NCBI GenBank assembly: GCA_051546255.1
Contig: CP128818.1
Span: 434,001 to 498,000 of the forward strand
Source: Meyerozyma guilliermondii
Taxonomy: Eukaryota
Length of the DNA: 64,000 bases
Direction: 5' to 3'
A program made the translations under genes and the position numbers. This document shows positions 49,919 to 61,900 of the stretch, one piece after another (position 1 is the stretch's first letter; each line of letters begins with the position of its first letter). The notes under the pieces are model-generated. The model was given only the letters and a program-made list of their open reading frames with translations, searched no databases and had not been told where the DNA came from.

Positions 49919-52900
49919 ATGAGTAGATTGGCATTGCTAGATCATATATCCCGTTTTCTAAACGTGGATCTGAACCAGATCAATGATTTTCATCGCCGTC
50001 TAGATCTGTTTACCACCCACAATGGTTCCGATGTCATGTATATTGTCGCCAATGGCACTCGAGCAGAGGTCCTAGGTGACTCTACGGTCCCATTTAACCT
50101 GGATTTTGGCACCTTGATAGTAATAATCAAGCCTAAGGGTGTTTTCATTGTGTCTGATTTGTACATCTGGAACGTCCCGCTTGGCATCTCTGGAAACGAA
50201 AGCTTTGAAGGCGTCCGGTCTCTCTTGAGCCTCGGCTTGGTGCCGTACTTTGAAAGCATTGTATCGGACTCGCATCTAAACCTTGGCCAGACTCTTGGTA
50301 AAACCCGCCTGAAATTTAACGAACTTTCTTTGGCTTTACAGCATCTCCAGCAAACCATTGAGACCCCAGATTTGGCCCAGTCCGCCCATCCTGCTATACG
50401 AAAGATTGCTGGCTCATCAGATGCAGATTTGAGACATTTGGCAGAAGATCCAGAGATCTTGAACCAGGTGAATAATACTGTCATTTCGTGGGTTCGCCAA
50501 ATCAAAAACGTCACAACGCTAGACCATTCGCCACAGAGCAGCGAGTCTATCATTGACCACTTTCATTTCTGGAAATCCATGGATCTTGCTTTAAAAGCTC
50601 TCCAGCATCAACTAAAGTCACCTGAAGTACGATACTCATTACAGGTCCTCAACTTGGGAAAACGACAGAGGGTAGTGACAAGTTTTGAAAATGATACTGG
50701 ACTCGAAGAGGCATTAGCTCGATGCAAAACAATCAACGACGTCTTGAAAGATATCCCAATTGAAGAAGTGCTATCGATATCGGGACAAGACGAAATGGCA
50801 TTTTCCAAACTAGAATCAGCAATCCAATCGGTCTTTACGTACCTCAGAAGGTTGAAAAACCACGCAAACTTTTCAACATCTCGCTCAATCGACCTTGTGA
50901 CGGGAATTGCCAATGAAATCGTCTCGAAAATATTGCATACCTTGCGGGACAAGGACATTTTGGAACTCGATATTACCGCATTTGACGACTTGATACAACA
51001 AGGTCACTCTACGCTAAATGTTCTTGAAGATAATATCAAATCGGTTGTGGAGTTGTTGAGAGAGTTATCTCGGAAGAGAGACGAACGATTCTCTGCTATC
51101 AAAGTAGATCAAAGCAGTTCTGCAATTCTCAAAGAAAGACTCACCGAATTATCAAGCTTGCGCCATCAACATGAAGAGCTTTTACAAACCTTTTATATTG
51201 CTCACAAGGAAAGTGATAACATACACCTATTGCGGCAGTCCTGGAACCATCTCAAGTCTGATACCGACCCTTTTGACATTTCAAAAAAGGGTTCAGCATT
51301 TTGGGATAGCAATGTGAAAATTTACATGGAGTCATACAATAGTGCTCTAAGTGACTTGCAAAACTTATACAGTGCCAGGTTTCGTGATTGTCAAGACACA
51401 TCACAAATGGCTATGATTTTGAGCGAGTATTCCGGCAAAGGTATTGATGAAACTCTTCCGAGTCTTTTGTTAGATGCTGATAAAATCAAGATCTTACAAG
51501 TGGCCCAGAAAGAGGTTGAGCGTCTACAGGAAATCCATTCCAAATTGGGCTTGTCTATGGGTCGAAGAAGTCAAGAAAGTGACATCATACCCACTTTGAA
51601 CATGCGCCGAGGACTCCTAGCTCGAGCAAGTTTTATTATGGATGTACTTCGAAGAGCAATTGGAAACTGGGAACACTATTCCACCGGCTCGCGTTTGGAG
51701 AATGACATGCGTGCTTTTGTCACCATTATAGATCCAGTCATAATATTTCAAAACTGGCTCACCGTCGTTAAAGATGAAGTCTTGCCTAAGATTGCTGCAT
51801 GTGCGCAAGCCAGTATTTTTAGGACCACTAAAATTGAGCTGAAATCCCAAAGAGAAGTGGCCGTCGCTCTCGATGTATCGATTGTCACACAGTATAATAA
51901 TTTTCGAGAATTTTCTGGTCTTGGATTCGAAATGCCTTTACCGGTCCACAAATCATTTACCGGACTTGCATCAGTGATAAGTATTGCCACTTCCATTAAT
52001 GAAAGTCTTGATTTTGTGAAAGGGGCACTCGAGGAATATAGAGAGTCCTTAGGTGGAAATGAAGGTTCCATCACTCAAAAACTATTGATAAAACCCATCC
52101 AGGATGTTTTGGAAAAATGCAGCAAACTAAGCTCGTTCCGATGGTTTCATTTTCAGAACTTCGTAGAGCTAAACGAGTTTGCTTTTTCTGGTGATAGCAT
52201 AATTGAGTCTCAAGCAATCGGTTCATTTTACAACTTTCAAAAACTGGTGCAAATTTTACATGAAAAATTCATTCTTTTTAATGGCTTCAACCAGAGGCTA
52301 CAGTCCATGTACGACGATTTGGAGAGATGTGAATACACTCAAAAATCGATCGAACTGTCTTTGAGCCTGATTCAACTAGAGTTACAGAAGATCGCATTGT
52401 ATGATTCAGAGATTATAACAGTATTAGTCGACCAGATTAATCTAGAGGTCCTCAAAATATTGGCAAGAAAATGCCAAGCAATGCTCAGTCTGTTGGGTCT
52501 GTCCATACAAGGTAGTCATCTGTCGGTTTTTGAGCACACGGCCTCATTTGAAGAGAGAAGTATTGTCATATATCCTCCCTTGGAATCTACGAAAGCTGCG
52601 CTTGTTTCTCAGATCAATGATTTTCTTCAGATAGTGGAGAGGCAGAATCAGATAAGTTCAGAGCAAGGAACTGAGCGGAAAAACTACGTTGTTTCACAAG
52701 CGCTAAGCGAATCCATTGCATCCACATTGAGTATTATTGACCATGTTCTTGACGATGCAAAAAGCTATTTCAATTTGTGGGTAGCTTTTCTGAACTTATG
52801 GGACATAGATGTGAAAGAAGGAAGTGATAGCAATGTATTGCTTGCTGGTGTGTCCTCCTTCAAGGAGTGGAACAATCTTCTCAAGTCAGTCTCAAACTCT

Positions 52901-55900
52901 GCAAGCATATTGGAAACTTCGACTTACCAGAAAGGTTGTATGACTATCAACTTTTCCAGAATCTTGCCAAGAGCCCAATTGAGGTTTGACAAGTTCTATA
53001 ACACTTTCTTGGATGTTGTGTCAAGTGTATTGCAAAGCAATCTAGCGCTGATTCTTCAAGAGGTGGACTCGGCCGTAAGGGTTCTTGAATCTTCATTTGA
53101 GCACAAGAAAACTTTCGAAAGTAAAATACTCTTCATCAAATTCATACTTCAGGTGGAACTGAAACTACTCGAATGGGTCAATGGTTACAAGATTGCCAAA
53201 GAGATGAATAGCACCCTCACTGCTAACCAATACAAAGGAGACGACCAGCTCAGTTATTTGGATCCTGAGCAATTGAATAACCGTCTTTCGGTTGCTGAAA
53301 GCTTAAGAAAGTTGCGACTCTCTCAGTCATTGAAGATTACAGATGAAATTCGTTCAAATATAGAAAACGCCGCTCGGACGTTTGGGGACCTGGTCAATTC
53401 ATTCAAACTTGAATGGCTGTCACAAGACATATTGCACACGACAGCATTACCACCAGTGGTTTTTGAAAAGTTGATGAAGTACAAAAAAGAGTGCCTTGAC
53501 CTTCAACAACTACATACGGCTTATGAAGTTGTGGCTAGCTTTCTTCAGGCAGAAATCACATTGCCTGATAAAAGACTTCTCGAAGTTTTCAATGGTCAAA
53601 TTGACGATCTCGTAACGACTTGGAAGCAGATACTTAACTTATGGGAATCCCTTAAATGCATTAAAGACCTAAAATGGGCTTCTACAAGTTCGCTTGAAGT
53701 TCGTCAAAAGCTCGAAAATATCTTGAAAGCTTCACGGGACATGAGCGAAGCGGTTCAGGAGTTTGATACCATAAAACATTTACAGCGGTCGATCAAGTCG
53801 TTCCTCAAAAACTTCCGTATGATAAACGATTTGAAGTCAGGCTCATTAGAAAACCGTCATTGGAAACAAATCGTGTCTTTACTAGGCATGGGAGACTTAG
53901 ACACCGAGAATATTACCTGGGGTACAATCTTAGATTTGGATCTCGAGAAGAATAAGACAAGGATTAATTCGGTCTTGAGTCAGGCGGCAGCAGAGCTTAC
54001 CTTGAAAGCGACTCTTGATGATATGCAAGCTCATTGGTATTCTCTCACGTTTACTTATTACGACTTCAATGGTATCTGCTCGTTAGTCAGAAATGGCAAA
54101 AAACTCCTTGATAATTGTGACCAAAATGTAAGAACATTGTCGTCCATGAAAAGCTCTACATATTTCAAGGTGTTTGAAGCAGATGCTACGTTATTCGAAA
54201 ATCGTCTCAATCAATTCATCTTGCTTCTTGGCACATTTGTTGAAATACAAAGGGTGTGGGTCTATTTATATGGGGTCTTTGGGCAAAATAGGACAGAGGT
54301 TCGAGCAATATTGCCTATAGAGAGCACAAGATTCCAAAACATAACTTATGAGTTCTTTGAGGTGTTGAAAAAAATCCGAAGCCAAGAATCTGCTCGGTCT
54401 ATATTGGAAATTCTGAACGTTTCCATTCTTTTCAAGGAGTTATGGGAATCCTTACAAAGAATCAGTCGAGCTTTAAATGATTTCTTGGAAAGGCAGCGAG
54501 AGATATTTCCACGTTTCTACTTGATCGGTAATGAAGATTTACTAGAACTTATGAGCGGTTCTAATGATGGAGCTATAATCAATAAGCATATCAAGAAAAT
54601 GTTCTTTGGAGTCTCCAGTTTGGTTATTGTGTCATCAGAAATCACAGAGATAAAATCTGATGATGACGAATGTCTCAAATTGGCAAATCCAGTATCTCTA
54701 TCAAAGTACGAAAGATTGATAGACTGGCTAAAGGAATTTGAATACGAAGTAAAGCATTCGCTTGCCGTGTCCACGAAAAAATATTTGGACGAGTATGGAT
54801 CACTCTTTGAGTCGCCTGAACCATCGTTGGTACGCAAGTTTGTACTGACGGCTCCTGGGCAAGTTCAGTTTCTAGTCAGCAAGGTCAAGTTCACAGAGCT
54901 GGTTCTTCAGGCAATTCCCGCCGGAACCATCTCTCGCCGTATAGAAGAACAACAGAGGCTTCTCAACTTGTTGACTGCCTATTCTGCCGAAATCAAAATT
55001 TCTTGTCGAAGAAAGCTTGAGCACTTGATAATTGAGGAAGTGCATAACAGAGACATTCTTATCTCACTCAAAGATTTGGATAGCGAAGCAGCCGCTTCTC
55101 GCTTACGAACTGAACAATTGTATTTCTTTGATCAAACTGAGGAACCCATAGTCACTAGAATGAAAGTTGTTCAAGGAGGGGGCTCGTTTACTTACGGTTT
55201 CGAGTACCTTGGCGTTCCTGACAAGCTTGCTTATACGCCATTGATTGACAAGTGTAATCTTACAATGACCCAAGCACTTGCCCAGAAACTTGGCGGTGCA
55301 CCATTCGGTCCTGCTGGTACAGGAAAAACGGAAGCTATAAAGTCGCTTGGATACAATTTTGGACAGATGGTCGTCCTCTTTTGCTGTGACGAAACATTTG
55401 ATTTTCAAGCAATGAGCCGTCTTTTTGTTGGTATCTGTCGTCTTGGATGCTGGGGCTGTTTCGATGAGTTCAACAGATTGAATGATAAGATACTTAGTGC
55501 GGTGTCTTCTCAGATAGAGAAGATTGAGTCCTCTCTTGTTGAAGGACTGTCTCATATCACTTTAAGTGACAAGACGCTAGAGGTCCAAAACGGAACTGCA
55601 ATTTTCATTACCATGAATCCCGGATATGCTGGAAGATACGAGCTTCCAGAAAACCTTAAACGGTTATTCGTTGGCTTCTCGATGAACGAGCCAGACAGAA
55701 ATGTCATTGCAGAAGTACTACTTTCATCACGTAACTTCATTGCTGCTCGTGAACTATCTGTTGTCTTTGTCTCTTTTTTGAAAGATCTTGCCTCATCAAC
55801 GACGAAACAGGTGCACTACGACTTTGGATTGAGAGCGTTAAAACGCTGCATAGACTGCTGTGCTGCTCTTTTTTTGAAGACTCATAAGGAAGCTGATATT

Positions 55901-58900
55901 ACTTCCTTAGAACACCAGCAGAAGCTCTGTGTTTTACAAAGTCTTTATGAGACTATTTTGCCCAAGTTGGTCGAAGACGACATTCACATATTTCACCAAT
56001 TGGTTACGAAATACTTTGACGGTTTCTCGGTTGATTTAGGCGAAGATGCACTCATCGACAAAGTTGAGACAATTGCAGCAAAGCGTGGACTTGCAATGAG
56101 CGAAACCTTTATTCAGAAGATAGTTCAATTGTACCGAGTACAACGCAATCACCAAGGTGTGATACTTGTTGGACGTGCAGCGTCAGGAAAGTCAGTGGTG
56201 CAGAGCTTGTTACTTCTGGCCCTTGAAGAGTTGGAAGGCATTGAGAGTTTGACTTTTGTGATCGAGTGCAAAATTATGTCCAAGGAAGAACTATTTGGCT
56301 CTTTGGACCCGATAACAAGAGACTGGAATGACGGTTTGATCACCTCAATATTGCGCCGTATCAACAATAATTTGCGGGGTGAGTTGAACAAAAGAATCTG
56401 GATTGTATTCGATGGAGATGTCGATCCAGATTGGGCTGAAAACCTCAACAGTGTTCTCGATGATAACAAAATACTTACGCTTCCAAACGGTGAAAGAATA
56501 AGGTTTCCTCCGAATGTGCGGTTGATTTTTGAAGTTGCAAATTTGACTTATGCGACTCCTGCTACAGTTACGAGGTGTGGAATGGTGTATTTCAATGAGG
56601 GAACGGTAACTGCTGAAATGGCGCTCCAACATAACAGGTTCAACTTTGAGAAGACTATCAAAGGATTCGGCAAAAGTAACATCGACATGGAATGGATATG
56701 TGAGGAGATGAGTGAATCTGACAATGCCGCCATTATATTGGAAGCTCTTGACTTTTCACAAAAACAACTACACGTTATGGAGTTCGACAAGATTCGTGCA
56801 ATACGGACATTTTTCATTCGCTTACAAGCGTATTTCAGGGCATTCCTTGGTTCAAACGACTACTATTCCAGGGAAGACGTTTGCAAGTACTTTCGAAAGG
56901 CTTTTATACTTTCTCTTGCTTGGGCAATTGCTGGCGACTGCTCCCTCAAAGAAAAGGAAGTCTTTTCAAAGTTTCTTGTGAACAGAGCATGGAAGCAAGA
57001 ATGGAAGGAAATGGGTAGTGATTTCGTTTGTATCGATTATGGAATCTCGCTACCCAACAGTGCATGGCGCCCATGGAGTCTGAGCGTGATTCAGCTGGAT
57101 CTCCAGCCACAAGACGTAATGAGTGCAGATACAGTGGTACCGACAACTGACACTCTTAGACATGAAGATCTCATCTTTTCTCTCATTAACGAGCATGAAC
57201 CAATTATACTTTGTGGTCCACCTGGTTCCGGTAAGACAATGACAGTGATGGAAGCTTTACGTCGGTCACCTAATATGGACATCATTCCTATAAATTTCTC
57301 AAAGGATTCTCCACCTCAGCTCTTGATCAAGTCGCTTGAAACACACTGTGTCTACAAGAGGCTCAACAACTCTTTGGTACTTGCACCAAAAGTTTCTGGC
57401 AAGTGGGCGGTGGTGTTTTGTGACGAGATCAATCTTCCTGCTTATGACAAGTATGGCAGTCAGAAAATCATTGCTGCTTTACGTCAATTGGTAGAATGGA
57501 AAGGGTTTTGGCTTCGTAACGAGTGGGTGAAGCTACAAAATATTCTGTTTGTTGGTGCCTGCAATCCTTCTACTGATCAAGGAAGAAATATCTTACCGGA
57601 TCGTTTCTTAAGACATGCTACCATAATCATGGTTGATCATCCTGGAGAAATGTCTTTGAGACAAATCTATTTGACCTTCAACCGAGCCTTATTGAATCTA
57701 GCACCAAACTTGAAAGGTTTCTGTAACCACTTGACGGAAGCCATGCTAGATTCATATCATAGATGTTTGGACTACTTGCCCCACCAGAATGCTAGCTTGT
57801 ACGTTTACTCTCCCAGAGAGCTCACTAGGTGGTGCCGTGGTATTTTGATGATTCTCAGAGAAAAGGAACATACTCTGGTTTCCAGTTTACTACGGGCTTG
57901 GTACCATGAAGGTTTGCGTATATTCTGCGACAGACTAAGCGAAGAAGTCGATCGCATTTGGATTAAGGAACAGTTAAAATTTGCTCTTGAAAGTAGATTT
58001 CCTGGTTTAAGGGCAGATGAAGTCTTGAAGAGTCCATTGTTGTACTCCAGGTGGATAACTCTGCGCTACGAAGAAGTGAATCCTGCTGATTTGATACCAT
58101 TAATGAACGAAAGATTCAAACTTTTTGGTGAAGAAGAGAAGGATATGAGTCTTATCGTGTATGATGATTTATTGGATTATGTTCTTCGCATTGATAGAGT
58201 GTTGAGGCAGCCTCAAGGGCATATGATCCTAGTGGGTGCTCCCGCCAGTGGCAGAACTACCCTCTGCAGATTTGTGGCATGGATGAATGGACTCAAAGTG
58301 TTTCAACTTGTGACTCACTACAACTACACTTTGAGTGATTTTGAAGAATTTTTGAGGGGTGTGCTTCGATCTTGTGCAAAGGGTGAGGGAGTATGCTTGA
58401 TGATTGATGAGTGCAGTGTCATTGACATATCGTTTATTGAGCGCATGAACAGCATACTTGCCAATGCTGAGGCTCCGGGTCTTTATGAAGGTGAAGATTT
58501 ACACGCACTTTTTTCTCTATGCAAAGAACAATCACAGCTTCAGGGATTATCGTTGGAAACTGAAGATGAACTATTGGGCTGGTTTCGTTCAGAGATTTCC
58601 GCCAACCTTCACGTTATCTTCACGATGAGCGATTCTTCTCGAATAATTTCGTCACCAGCATTATTGAATCGGTGTGTGCTAAGCTGGATGGGAGATTGGT
58701 CCGACCATTCAATGTTTCAGATTGCTCTTGATGTCATTGGAAAGACCCCTCTTGACTCCTCTGAGTACATGATTCCTGAAACTTTCAACAAAATTGTGCC
58801 TGACAATATCTCAAGCTTGTATGAGGTGGTTGCCGATTCTTTAGTTGCTTCTCACAGAATCGCTGGCAAAGTTGCAATCGAAGAGGCTTCTAGCATTGTT

Positions 58901-61900
58901 GGAGGTTTGCATTCTCCAGCCTTCTTCATTCGGTTACTCGACGAGTTTCTGAAGATTTACCTAAGAAGAGCTGCAAGTCTTGAGGAAATGCAATCGCATA
59001 CAACAACTGGTTTAAATCGTTTACGAGGAGCGGTTCTAGAAGTGAAAGCGCTAAAGCAGCAATTGAGTGACAAGAAGGTCCAACTTGCAAAAAAAGACTC
59101 CGAAGCCAAAGATACGTTGAACAAGCTTTTGACTGATCAAAATGAAGCTGAACGTCGGCAAGAATTTTCTGTGGAGACACAGAGTGCGTTGGCTCGACAA
59201 GAAAAAGACATTCATGAGCGGCGAAAGATTGTTATGGCGGACCTTGCTGATGCAGAACCAGCAGTTCTTGCAGCTCAGAAAGGTGTTCAAAACATTAAAA
59301 AGCAACACCTTACAGAACTAAGAAGCATGGGTAATCCTCCAGCTGCTGTGAAGATGACAATGGAATCGGTGTGCATCCTCTTGGGCTATGAGGTGACTTC
59401 GTGGAGAGATGTACAATCAATTATTCGAAAGGACGACTTCATAGCCAATATCGTCAACTTTGACAACGAAAAGCAAGTCACTCCAGACTTGCTTGAGTAT
59501 ATGGAGAAGATCTACCTCTCCAGGTCTGACTATTCGTATGATGTGGTGGATCGAGCTAGTAAGGCATGTGGTCCCCTCTTGGCATGGGTAAAAGCTCAAC
59601 TATCTTATGCAACGATTTTAGATAAGATTGAGCCTCTTCGTGAGGAGGTCAGGTTGATTGAGTCTCATGCCCGAAAGACCAAAGCTCAGCTTATTGCTAT
59701 CGACCAAATGATACAAGAACTTGATGGTGAAATTGAGACTCTCAAAGAAAACTACATGCTCCTCATAAGAGAGACCGAGTCCATCAGGCTGGAAATGACC
59801 ACGGTGGAGAACAAAATGAGCCGAAGTTTGCGCTTGATTGAAAGTCTCAATTCTGAAAAAGACCGCTGGCATTCAACAATCGAAAAGTTTGGTCTGTTCA
59901 GAAGAAACTTGGTTGGTAATTCCATTATCAGCGCAGCAATGGCAACGTACACTGGAGCACTCAGCGAGCATGCGAGAAGGGTGCTCGTGGTCCAATGGAA
60001 GGAAAAACTTCAAGAGTCAGGAGTTTTATTCGACGATGGAAAGTCCGACTTGAAGACATTGGCAGAACTTGATAGGAAGTTATTCTGGAAAGACTGGGGA
60101 TTGTCGCAAGATGAATTGAATATCCAGAACATCATTATCATCGAAGAGGGAATAAGCTCTGGGTATGTACCACTTATTGTTGATCCAGAGGATTCGATTC
60201 CTACATTCATTTCAAACTTAAACTCACCGCAAAAGACCGTCATTGCGAGTTTCCTTGATCCCAGCTATGTGACATCCGTTGAAAATGCACTTAAGTTCGG
60301 CACACCCATTTTGATCAAGGATGCCGAATTCTATAATCACAATTTGGACCCTATACTTCGCAGAGACTTCCAACGTAACGGAGGCAGAGCGGTCGTCAAG
60401 TTCAATTCTAATGAGGTGGACGTCAATCCTGGCTTCAAGCTTTTTATGCATACTAAAGACTCTAACTTGAATCTCAGTTCTTTTGTTGCAAGCAGAGTCT
60501 TGACTGTTAACTTTACCATCTCGAACAGTAGTCTTGAAACACAGGTACTCGATTTAATTTTGAAAACGTTCAATCTGGAAATTCAGAAACAACGAAATGA
60601 AGCGATATCATTGCAGGACAAATATGAAGTTCTATTGCATGACATAGAGTCCGATTTGTTGTCTACATTGAACCAGGCAGATGGTCGGTTTCTTGAAAAT
60701 GACACCGTTGTTGACTCGCTTGAAGAGATCAAGACTAGAGCCCAGGATATGGACAACAGATACAAGGTGGCTTCTGAAGTTCTTAAAAATGCCAAAGACG
60801 TTTGCGACAGCTATTCTACAACCACGCATCATGTTCGAGACATTTTCAAAGCTTTTGGCTTTTTTTCCAACACAAGCACTTTTTATAATTTCTCGTTGAC
60901 ATTCTTGTTGCAACTTTTTATTGAGCTGCTCAATTGGCAAATTGATCCGAAATCACCAGACTTTATCAAGAGACTCTATGAGGAGGCCTTCAAATGGATC
61001 TCATCCACAATGACTCAGCGAGATCGTATTGCGGCAGCAGTCATATTGTATCGAGTTTATGTGAAGATTTCTGAAGGAGAAATAGCAGATGCTTGGTACC
61101 ACAAAATCTTGAAAGCTATCAAGAACGGCGACCAAGAAGGTTTGCTAGATTTGGTGGTAGGCAGTCTTGGAAATGAAGTTGAAGCTGAAGACAAACCCAA
61201 AAGTGAAAGTGAGCTTCAAGCCAATGTTCTCAAGATTATCTCAGGAAACTCGGATTTGGCTCCTAGTTCGGATCTCCTAAAAGCTTTTCTCTTTCACAAA
61301 TCGAGTGACTTGAGTTGGCCCGAACAAGTTTTGGGAGAGATGATGAATCTGGGAAAGAATCTGAACATTCATTTTTTCCGGGATCAATTCGAATTCAAAG
61401 ATTGGGTACTTGGTAAAGACCATCAAGTCTTCCTTTTGCCTTCTCTGAGAGGCTCAGATGCTACTTTAACGATAGAGAGGCTCGCTCGACTGAATGAAAA
61501 AAAGCTAACCATTATTTCAATGGGTACTATCGAGGGAACAGAAACGGCAGATATGGACATCGAAGGAGCAGCACTTTCAGGAAAGTGGATTCTTGTTCAA
61601 AATGGACACTTGGCACTGCATTGGCTCACCACGCTTCCAACGAAGTTTTCTGGACTCAATTTGCACCCATCTTTCAGATTATTCATTACGTGCTCTTTAT
61701 CGTCCACAATTCCAAGTGCTTTGCTCATGCTGGCACATGTATTGATGTTCGAAACCCCTCCAAGTCTTCGAAGTAACGTACAGGTCTCTGTCAAATTGGT
61801 CAGAGACATGATGGAAAGCCAATCGCTTTCCAAGGCTCACAAGAAAGTTATCATTTTACTCGCCTGGTTTCATTCCATTGTGTTGGAGCGCTTGAGGTAC

